A stretch of 64,000 bases of DNA from Opitutales bacterium (GTDB lineage Bacteria > Verrucomicrobiota > Verrucomicrobiia > Opitutales > UBA2987), in assembly GCA_965226885.1 (NCBI GenBank), contig CBDDEL010000013.1, positions 416,001 to 480,000 on the forward strand, written 5' to 3'. Below the pieces are notes generated by a model. It saw nothing but the letters and a program-made list of their open reading frames with translations. It was not told the origin of the DNA and ran no database searches. Numbering within the stretch: the stretch's first letter is position 1; each line of letters begins with the position of its first letter. Shown here piece after piece: positions 39,873 through 48,740 of this stretch. The position numbers and the translations under genes are program-made.

Positions 39873-40668
39873 GGTAGTGTTAACATGACGAATGTTTGAT
39901 ATTGCTGTTGTATTCCCAGATGAACAAGCACAGGACGCGAAAATGCATGACCAAAGACTTCGAGAATGACAGCGTTTTACGCACATAGCGTGACAGGGAC
40001 TGTCGCAAGGTATTGTTCCAGCGTTCGATATGGGCGGTTTGGCCGGATTGTTTCCCGCTGGCGCTGTTGTGAGGGAAAGCCTTGTCGTAGCTTTCCCAGT
40101 AATCGCTTACGGTGGCACAGTCGCGATAGGGCTGGGCGATGTTGTGATACAACTGCCAGCACGTTTGATCGCTACGATCACCCAGAGAAAACCCGACGAC
40201 CTGTCGGGTACGTCGACACAAGGCTACCCATAGCCATACCTGCCCCGAACGCTTATCGCCCCAGAATGACCACACCTCGTCCAGTTCCAGCACATCACTA
40301 CACTGGCGGGCAAGCAGAGTGGACTCCAGCTTCGGCAAACTCAGGACTTTTTTTTAATCCATTCGATGACCGTCTTTGGGGCTACCCCGAAGGTACGGTA
40401 AATGGCACGCAGGCTCATCCGGTTTTGGTGCGCACGGAGCACCTGCTTGACCAGCGCCGGAGGATGCTCACGACTTTTGGGGTGAAGCCGAAACTGATAA
40501 CCACACCCCTTGCATCGATACTTCTGAACCCCTTTCGGATCCTTGCCGTGCTTGATGATGTGATCGCTTCCGCATTGAGGACATTTTACTGTGATATGGA
40601 CCATTCCCAGTTCACAACATAATCACGCTAAAAAGTACAGCTTAAACATTCAAAATGTTAACACTACC
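39873..40668 (-). mobile_element. IS1-family element B (796 bp)
   Basis: 14-bp IRs GGTAGTGTTAACAT; 8-bp TSD CCTTTTGC. Confidence 0.95.
39880..40604 (-). CDS. IS1-family transposase InsA (40341-40604) / InsB, -1 frameshift at A8G
   Basis: Zinc ribbon plus ELDEVW, HIERWNNTLRQ motifs; A AAA AAG at the junction. Confidence 0.9.
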
Positions 40669-40793
40669 CCTTTTGCTTACCGAATGCATTGAGGCTTAGC
40701 CGGGAAGTGTTGCACCTTGAGAAAATCCGGGGTTTATTATCTTTTCTTTCTTTACTTATGGGAAAAGCCAGAGATTGTCTTTCAACTTCGCTC

Positions 40794-41585
40794 ATGCAAC
40801 CCATCGCCCAGGAAAATATTTATCGCACCGGCGACGCGGGAATTTCTTTCTTGGCCCGTCAATTCCCGTCGCTGGTTTACTATACCAAGCTCGCTTGTTA
40901 TATACTTAAATATTCGCTTATAGCCGTCCAGGGTAATTTCAAGGATGAGGAGTGGGTTTTAAGCAGCAAAGACGTATTTAAAAACCTGGAATCGGTTGGG
41001 GTTAAGATTGATGTCGAAAACCTCTCTGTTTTATCGAATTTGGAGGGCCCGTGCGTTTTTGTGGGAAACCATATGAGTACCTTCGAGGGATTTTGCTATC
41101 CTTGCATTATCAGGCCCTTCATGCCAATTACCTTCGTCATCAAGGAAGATCTGGTGAAAATGCCCATTCTGAAGCACATCTTCAAGAGCCGAAACCCCAT
41201 TTTAGTGACCCGCAAAACTCCCCGGCAGGATCTGAAAGAAGTTTTGCAAGGCGGGGCGGAGCGGCTCGGCGATGGGATTTCCATTGTCATTTTTCCCCAA
41301 ACCACTCGAACCAATGAGATAAAGGCCGAATCGTTTAATTCCATCGGTGTCAAACTGGCCCGAAGAGCCGCAGTGCCGGTTGTCCCCGTGGCGGTGCAAT
41401 CGGAGGCTTGGGGCTGTGGCAAATGGATTAAGGATATGGGTAAAATCAAACCGGCAAAAAAAATCCGCGTCTGCTTTGGAGAACCACTTCACTTGACTGG
41501 TAATGGACGCAAAGAACAGGAAGAAACATTTCGGTTTATCCAGGAAAAACTCGAAACCTGGAAAAGTATTGATGCCTCCTCTTAG
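40794..41585 (+). CDS. 1-acyl-sn-glycerol-3-phosphate acyltransferase family (start uncertain)
   Basis: NHMSTFE, FVIKEDL, IFPQTTR, VPVVPVA motifs. Confidence 0.85.
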   Translation: MQPIAQENIYRTGDAGISFLARQFPSLVYYTKLACYILKYSLIAVQGNFKDEEWVLSSKDVFKNLESVGVKIDVENLSVLSNLEGPCVFVGNHMSTFEGFCYPCIIRPFMPITFVIKEDLVKMPILKHIFKSRNPILVTRKTPRQDLKEVLQGGAERLGDGISIVIFPQTTRTNEIKAESFNSIGVKLARRAAVPVVPVAVQSEAWGCGKWIKDMGKIKPAKKIRVCFGEPLHLTGNGRKEQEETFRFIQEKLETWKSIDASS

Positions 41586-42661
41586 CCCATAATCCTGAGG
41601 TATTCCCGATCAAACGCTGCCAGCATGCTTTCCAGGTTGGCGTAGGGGCCGGGTTTGGCCACGCGGGAGCGCAAACCATCATGGGTAAGTTCGCACACAT
41701 GCCAGTCCTGCCGATTCGTCATGTCCCAGAATTGGATGGCTTCTTGCGGGCGATAATCCGGGTTTTCAGCGGCCTCGGAGTGGAATAGCCAATGACAGTG
41801 GATTGTTGTTTCAACCTCGCTCCGCCGCTCCAACCGGTGGGCCACCACGAAATCGGGATGCAGGCTTAAAAACAGGTTGGGGAAAAGGGTATAAAAGAAA
41901 ACCTTTTGCTGGTTTTCATTTGCAACCAGGGGTGGGGCGCACGCGCGTCCGCTCGTGGTCAGGCTGCCGTCCTTTGGCTTGATGGTCATGGGGCCGCCGA
42001 GGAAGGGACCTTCCTCCAGGTCGTTGCTGCTGTCCTTGTAGGGTGTGATTTTGTTTAAAAGCGGATGCACGCTGGGGCAGTGGTAGCACTCGGAATAATT
42101 ATGGAATAACAGCTTCCAGTTAGCCCGGATGCGATAACTCTTGCCTTCGGCCGTGAGTAGTTCCGGCAGTTGCCATTGGGCAAATTTATGATAAACGGGG
42201 GCGAACGCCGTTTGAATAGGTTCCGCCCGATCCGAGAAGTTAATGAAAATAAAGCCTTCCCATAATTGCAGGGAAATCCGGTGCAGGGAGTAGTCGGTTT
42301 TGGCAAAGCCATCCACCCCTGCCATATTGGGGGCGGCGGTCAGTTCGCCCTCGAAGTTATAAGTCCAGGCATGGTAGGGGCATTGTAAGTTTTCTTTTAA
42401 TAAACCATTTTTTTCATCACAGAGGCGTGTGCCCCGGTGTCGGCAATGGTTGTAAAAAGCCCGCAATTTTCCATCCTGGCCCCGCACGATGAGGATGCTT
42501 TCCCCTTCCAGGCGGCATTGCATGAATTCTCCACTTTTTTTAATTTCACTCTCCCGGCCAACGCATAGCCAGCGGCGGCTGAAAATCTTTTCGGAAGTGA
42601 AATAGCTGGCTGGCAGGTTTTTCGCCCCAAGGCTGCTGCGAAGTTTCCGTTCTGTTTTCAC
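41582..42661 (-). CDS. Rieske ring-hydroxylating oxygenase alpha subunit (choline/glycine-betaine oxygenase-like)
   Basis: CRHRG...CPYHAW Rieske motif; NYSECYHCPSVHP; QDWHVCE. Confidence 0.88.
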   Translation of the reverse strand: MKTERKLRSSLGAKNLPASYFTSEKIFSRRWLCVGRESEIKKSGEFMQCRLEGESILIVRGQDGKLRAFYNHCRHRGTRLCDEKNGLLKENLQCPYHAWTYNFEGELTAAPNMAGVDGFAKTDYSLHRISLQLWEGFIFINFSDRAEPIQTAFAPVYHKFAQWQLPELLTAEGKSYRIRANWKLLFHNYSECYHCPSVHPLLNKITPYKDSSNDLEEGPFLGGPMTIKPKDGSLTTSGRACAPPLVANENQQKVFFYTLFPNLFLSLHPDFVVAHRLERRSEVETTIHCHWLFHSEAAENPDYRPQEAIQFWDMTNRQDWHVCELTHDGLRSRVAKPGPYANLESMLAAFDREYLRIMG

Positions 42662-42740
42662 TGGCGCTTCAAGGGAATCGATTTTTCTTAATACATTTCA
42701 TTTACACGCCAACTGGCGCATTACATAATAACTGCCAGCC

Positions 42741-44285
42741 ATGTTAAAATTAAAGAACACTATCACCAATCATTTTCTTTCAGAAATGAAATTTCATGAT
42801 TCCTTTTTCATTCCGTTAATGGCCGCTCTTTGCCTGATCGGGAACCTTTCGGGTAATGGGGCCGATTACGGGGATGCTCCCGTGACCCACGGGGTGGCCA
42901 TTGGGGCGGTCGAGGGTGGCAACGCCCTTTTCTGGTCGCGCACCGACCGCGAGGCGATCATGCATCTGGCCATCGAAAGTGAGGATGGCGGTTCCGTTTT
43001 GGAAAAAACGACTCCCGCAACGGCATACCGCGATTTCACGGGCAAGATAAAAGTCAGCGGGTTTAAAGCGGATACGCTTTTGTCCTACCGGGTGTGGTTC
43101 ACCGTTGAAAATCCAGAATCCGGCAAAAAACACCCCGCCTTCCGGGGGAAAATCCGCACCGCGCCCTCCGCCGTGGACGGCCAGGCCGTTTCATTTGCCT
43201 GGAGCGGGGATGTGGCCGGGCAGAATGTTTGCCGCGATGCAGAAGAGGGGTTTCCAGCCTTCAAGGTCATAAATTCCTTGCCCATCGATTTCTTCATCGG
43301 CCTCGGGGATATGATCTACGCCGACAATACCTGTGAGGGAACGGGCAAGTACGGGAACCGGCAGGTCACCGGAAATTTTAGGCCTTCCGCCAATATGAAG
43401 GATTACTGGGAGCACTGGAAATACAATCGGGACGATCCCGGCTACCAGCAATTGCTGGCCCAAACACCTTATTTCGTTATCTGGGACGACCACGAGGTGG
43501 TCAACGACTTCGGCCCCCTTCAAGATACCCGGGAGGAGCCTCCCTATATTCCGGGTGAGCATCTTTTACCCCTCGGGCGCAGGGCTTTCGAGGATTATAA
43601 CCCAATCGAGGAGAATCCTGATTCTCCCCATCGTTTGTATTATAATATTCGCTGGGGCCTGAACCTGGAATTGTTTTTCCTCGACAATCGCCAGTATCGC
43701 GACGCCAAGAACGAGGCCGACGATCCAGCCCATCACAAAACCATGCTGGGCCGTGAGCAAGTGGTCTGGCTGAAGGAAAAACTGGGTTCTTCCAACGCGC
43801 TGTGGAAAGTCATCATTTCCAGCGTGCCCATGTCCATCCCCACCGGTTCGACCATCGGTGAGCGCGACGGATGGGCCAATTACGATCAGGAAACTGGTTA
43901 CGAGAACGAACTCCTCGACATCATCGGCTTTATGAAGGGCCTCCCTCAGCGCAATTTTGTCTGGCTTACTACCGACGTTCATTTTGCCGAGGTCTTTCGC
44001 TATACACCATATAAAGATGACCCGTCTTTCAAGCTGTACGAGTTAGTGGTTGGCCCACTCAACGCCGGGTTGTTCCCCAACCGGAAATTCGATCTTACCC
44101 TCAATCCCGAAAGCCTCTTTTTCCACGGCCCGGAAACCGCGGACTCCGTGACCACTTGGGAGGAAGCCAAAAAGTGGTTCAATTTCGGAGTCATATCCAT
44201 CGACGAAGGGGGAAAATTGACCGCCTCCGTGCGCGACACCGTTGGGAAAATCCTTTACCAAACCCGATTGCAGCCTGAGCGATGA
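42741..44285 (+). CDS. phoD: Alkaline phosphatase D family (start may be 42786)
   Basis: LGDMIYAD, WDDHEVVND, LDNRQYR, TMLGREQ, TTDVH. Confidence 0.88.
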   Translation: MLKLKNTITNHFLSEMKFHDSFFIPLMAALCLIGNLSGNGADYGDAPVTHGVAIGAVEGGNALFWSRTDREAIMHLAIESEDGGSVLEKTTPATAYRDFTGKIKVSGFKADTLLSYRVWFTVENPESGKKHPAFRGKIRTAPSAVDGQAVSFAWSGDVAGQNVCRDAEEGFPAFKVINSLPIDFFIGLGDMIYADNTCEGTGKYGNRQVTGNFRPSANMKDYWEHWKYNRDDPGYQQLLAQTPYFVIWDDHEVVNDFGPLQDTREEPPYIPGEHLLPLGRRAFEDYNPIEENPDSPHRLYYNIRWGLNLELFFLDNRQYRDAKNEADDPAHHKTMLGREQVVWLKEKLGSSNALWKVIISSVPMSIPTGSTIGERDGWANYDQETGYENELLDIIGFMKGLPQRNFVWLTTDVHFAEVFRYTPYKDDPSFKLYELVVGPLNAGLFPNRKFDLTLNPESLFFHGPETADSVTTWEEAKKWFNFGVISIDEGGKLTASVRDTVGKILYQTRLQPER

Positions 44286-44776
44286 AAAGGCTCACGCTCC
44301 TTCGGCATGCCGAGTCGAACTGGAACCACCCCGGCCTAACCGATTTCGAGCGGCCTCTGAATGAGCGGGGTAGGCGCGATGCGGCCGAAATGGGCGACCG
44401 TTTGGCCAAACGGAACTTTAAACCCGAAGGCATCATGACCAGCCCGGCCCAACGTGCCCTCGAGACGTTGGCCATCATCGCCCCCGCCATCGATTTCCCC
44501 CTGAAGAGTATTGTTCATAACAAAACCCTTTACGGCGCAGGTCTAACGGAAATGTATAAAGTCATGGAAAAACTGGACGACACCCTTGAGCACATCCTCA
44601 TAGTCGGCCACAACCCCACCTGGACCGATCTGGCCAACCACCTCCTAACCGGTGACAGGTCATCCCTGTACAACCTCCCCCCCTGCGGAGTCGTCGACCT
44701 CGAATTAAAGATCCAGACCTGGAACGAAATCCACGAAAACTGCGCACACTCCTCCATCTCGACACCCCTGGATTAA
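44282..44776 (+). CDS. sixA: SixA-like histidine phosphatase
   Basis: LLRHAES, RPLNERG, SPAQRALET, VGHNP. Confidence 0.85.
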   Translation: MKRLTLLRHAESNWNHPGLTDFERPLNERGRRDAAEMGDRLAKRNFKPEGIMTSPAQRALETLAIIAPAIDFPLKSIVHNKTLYGAGLTEMYKVMEKLDDTLEHILIVGHNPTWTDLANHLLTGDRSSLYNLPPCGVVDLELKIQTWNEIHENCAHSSISTPLD

Positions 44777-45001
44777 GGCATTCGGGTAAAACGGACTAAT
44801 AACGTAACCACTGCAAAATTTCGTTTGACAGTTAAGCCATTTCAGGATACTTCCCTTATTCATGGTGGGCATACGTACCATCAAACCTGATTGCTGGCTG
44901 GCATTTGGGAATGCCGCTACCCGACTGAATACACCAGATCGGGATCTCAGGCTAATGTCATTAGCCAAGGGCAATTCTGAATTATTGTCCTTTCCAGCAA
45001 A

Positions 45002-45070
45002 ACCACCCAAGAAGGGACTACCCCACCACCCAAGAAGGGACTACCCCACCACCCAAGAAGGGACTACCCC
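45002..45070 (+). repeat. Perfect 23-bp tandem repeat x3 covering the RBS of the NHL gene
   Basis: ACCACCCAAGAAGGGACTACCCC at 45002, 45025, 45048; ATG at 45072. Confidence 0.93.
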
Positions 45071-45071
45071 G

Positions 45072-46155
45072 ATGGAGAAACTATACCCCACAAAAACCCT
45101 CACTCGGTATCGCCGATTTATCCTGACAGGCCTCCTCCTGGCCCTGACTACACTTCAGCTTGAAGCCCTTCATCCCTCAGCTTGAAGCCCTTCATCCCTC
45201 TTTTGTACTCAAATGGGGGCTACCGGCTCAGGCGACGGGCAGTTTAATAGCCCCCGTGGCGTGGCGGTGGATAGTTCCGGCAACGTTTATGTGACAGACA
45301 CGTTCAACGACCGCAACCAGAAATTCGACAGCAGCGGCAACTTTCTCCTCAATTGGGGCTCCTTTGGCAGCGGCGATGGGCAGTTTGATTTTCCATATGG
45401 CGTTGCGGTGGATAGTTCCGGCAACGTTTATGTGACAGACCAACTCAACCACCGCATCCAGAAATTCGACAGCAACGGAACTTTCATTACCAAGTGGGGT
45501 TCAAATTTTTCTTTTCCACGCGGCGTGGCGGTGGATAGTTCCGGTAACGTTTATGTGGTGGATAGCGAAAACCACCGCATCCAGAAATTCGACAGCAGTG
45601 GAAACTTTCTTCTTAAATGGGGTTCAAGAGGTTCAGGCGACGGACAGTTTAATTTTCCGTTTCCAGTCGGCGTGGCGGTGGATAGTTCCGGCAACGTTTA
45701 TGTGACAGACCAAATCAACGACCGCATCCAGAAATTCGACAGCAGCGGCACTTTCATTACCAAGTGGGTTTCAAATTTTTCTCTTCCATCTGGCGTGGCG
45801 GTGGATAGTTCTGGTAACGTTTATGTGGTGGATATCAATAACAACCGCATCCAGAAATTTTCATTCTCGGTTCCCGTAGCCAATGACGATGCGGCCAAAG
45901 TCGCCGCGGGGGGCACGGTTTCGGTTCTTGTCGGTGGGGCCAACAGTGTATTAGCAAACGACACCGATGCGGTTGGTGATTTTCTGACGGTAAATTCAAT
46001 TTCGGTGAGCGGACCGAATCATGGTTCCTTGATCCTGGCGGCGGACGGCACATTCACCTACACTCACGACGGGGCCGGATCGATCACAGACAGCTTTGTT
46101 TACGAAATCAGTCATGGCGAATTTACTGCTACCGCCACAGTGAGTATCACTATTC
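45072..46155 (+). pseudogene. Secreted NHL-repeat (beta-propeller) + Ig-like protein, disrupted
   Basis: Signal peptide; five GVAVDSSGNVYV repeats; PVANDD...FTYTH...DSFVY Ig/cadherin-like domain; 22-bp duplication with stop; truncated by IS1. Confidence 0.85.
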
Positions 46156-46957
46156 GGTAGTGTATAAAAAAAGAATGTTATTTTGGATTTTTAGCTGTAC
46201 AAATAGCGTTAGGCAGTTTATTCTTAGTGCATGGTTACTAAAATTATTAATTGTCGGCACTGTGGAAGTGAAAATATCATTAAATTTGGCAAGACGCCCA
46301 ACCATAAACAGCGCTACCGCTGCCATGATTGTGGTAAACAAAGCCGCGAAAACCCCACAGTGAAATACACCGAAGAGCAAAAAGAAATGATCCTTCGAGT
46401 CTATCAGGAACGCAGCAGTCTACGCGGTTTACAGCGCGCCTTCGGGGTGAGTCCCAACACCGTTTTGAGTTGGTTAAAAAAAACGACAATCGCTGCGACC
46501 GCTCAAAAGCACGATTCTTGCGGCCCGCCGCCATGATGTCATTGAACTGGACGAACTGTGGTCTTTTGTGGGGAGCAAGAGCGATGCCCAATGGGTTTGG
46601 ATCGCTCTTTGCCGACGCACCCGTCAAATCCTCTCCTATGCCATTGGGCCTCGGGATTGGTATCGTTGCCGGGAACTTTACGAGCGTCTGCCACGGGCCT
46701 ACAAAAGATGTGCCACCTACAGCGACTTTTGGAGCACTTATGATGAAGTCTTTCCTCATAACCGATCCGTGGGAAAAGAAACCGGTGAAACGGCCCATGT
46801 GGAACGATGGAACAATACCCTGCGCCAACGACTGGGTCGTTTCACACGCAAAACCCTCTCCTTTTCCAAGCTTAAGAGTATGCATGAAACCTGTCTGAGA
46901 CTTTTCATTCATCAATATAATCAAGAATTAGCCACCATTCCTACTTAATACACTACC
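46156..46957 (+). mobile_element. IS1-family element A, copy 5 (no TSD)
   Basis: IRs intact; flanks CACTATTC vs GAATTCCT differ; insAB at 46231-46948. Confidence 0.93.
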
Positions 46958-47470
46958 GAATTCCTAATACTAAATGGTAATCAGATCAGTGACATCAGCC
47001 CTTTAATGGGCTTGAGCAATCTGGAAGCGCTCAATGTTAGCGGCAATTTCCTCCTTCTGAACGCAGGATCTTCAGCGCTTGCAGTTATCGAAAGCCTACA
47101 GAACGGGGGCACATCTGTTATATTCGAACCGCAAAATCTGGACATTTTCCAGGGGCAACCTATCGACGGTTTTGTAGGGTGGAGAGCCTCACAATGGTAT
47201 TTGAATTACAACGTAGATTTCTGGCCCTGGATTTACCACGACGAGCACGGCTGGCAATTCGTTTCTGAAAACAGTTCCGAGGATATCATCTTACTCTTTG
47301 ATCTGGGCTTGGAGGAGTGGATTTTTCTCAACGCAAACACCTATCGCTGGTTTTTCTTATTCAGCAACACCCCCGGTTGGATCTGGACTTTTGGGGGCAA
47401 CACCCCAATTAGAAGATGGTTCCAGGGCCGCGATGACGGAAGCCTTTTCCTCGTAACGCCCGGTTTGTAA
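46958..47470 (+). pseudogene. 3' remnant of an LRR protein with the Trp-rich C-terminal domain
   Basis: Open frame from the IS end: EFLILNGNQISDISPLMGLSNL...; C-terminus paralogous to 33916-34272. Confidence 0.85.
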
Positions 47471-47568
47471 TTAAGTAAATCCTGATGATGGTTTATCTGT
47501 GTAATCCGTGGTTGAAAAATGGGCGTATCATTTTACCTCACTTTCGTAGGTTGATATTTGGCGGTATT

Positions 47569-48637
47569 TTATTTCCAGTTGAGGATGAGGCGGGTGTAGT
47601 AGGTGGTATCGAGTTTTACCCTGTTGGGGGCCGGGTTGTTGTTGAATGAAGTTGCCAGGCCGAAGCGTATTTTCCAGAATTTGCCGCCCCCCAGGGGGAA
47701 TTCGAATCCCGTGTCCTGGGTGAAGCGGAAGTCTGAAAAATCCTCCACACTGGGTATGAATTTCAAATCCGTGGTCACTTTGCCGATTTTATTAAATCGA
47801 TAAAAATGCTTGAACCCGAAATCGAGACCGGGAGATTTGATCTTCGTTCCGTTGTCGAGGGTTTCAAAGCGGTAGCTGAATCCCGCCCGTGCGTTTAGTG
47901 AATGATGTTCCTGCTTGAAAAACCGATAGCTCAAACCGCCGGCTGTGGTGACCCGAAGGTCGATGTCCTCAAATTCATCCCTTTCATATTCCGACCGCAC
48001 GAACCAGCCCAGTTTTTTCTTGAAAAAGGAATTGTAGGTGGCTCCGGCGATGACTTCATTCGATGTCTGGTCGCCATTTTTTTGCGCCTTGTCGAAGGAG
48101 AGGTAGATGCCCAATGAATCATCCGGCCCGGCAAAGGTTGCCTTGAGGCGGGCCGCCATGCCGGACTCCTCGCTGTTGCCGGATTTACCGGTCAAGTCCA
48201 AGCCTGTCTCGTAAGACCATTTGCGGCGGCGGGCTTCGATTTCCTCTCTTCTTTTCACGATCACGGGATCTTCCTCTTCCGTTCCCCATGAAGCGGCGAT
48301 TTTCGGCATTTCGGTGGTTAATTCACCGCTCAATGCAACAATATTCAATTTCGACCGGCCCGTGTGGGAAATTTTGCCGGAAATGGTGATCCCGTTTTCC
48401 AGGCGGACATATACGGGCTCGTCGGTGCTGAAGCCGACCACCTCTGCCCTCTGCCCTATTGATCTCGAGGGCGCCAGCGTAGGTCGTGTCGAGGGTAATT
48501 TTCTTGTCCGTTATACCGGTAATTTTGCCCACCAGGCGCGCCCCGTCTCTCGTTTCCACGGTATCCGCCACAAGAACAGAAGCGCTCACCGCCATCATGA
48601 ACCCGATTATTGCAATTAAAATTTTGATTTTAAACAT
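47569..48637 (-). pseudogene. DUF481-like outer-membrane beta-barrel protein frameshifted by a 7-bp duplication
   Basis: CCTCTGC x2 at 48441-48454; removal joins the signal-peptide ORF to the barrel ORF (GKSGNSE, YERDEFEDIDLR). Confidence 0.8.
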
Positions 48638-48740
48638 GTCTTTTGAGATTATTCTTATTCCCATTGTCAGAAAAATGTCAGCGCACGAATATTGACGTCA
48701 GGAAATCATGGCAATGATTTAAGGAAAAAGTTTATCTCAA

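Noticed and set aside
45002..45070. 23-bp repeats as a mini CRISPR array
   Set aside because: The units are directly adjacent with no spacers, and there are no cas genes in the window.
48691..48700. ATTGACGTCA shared with 21859-21868 as a regulator site
   Set aside because: Only two instances, and both are explicable as -35-like TTGACG hexamers.
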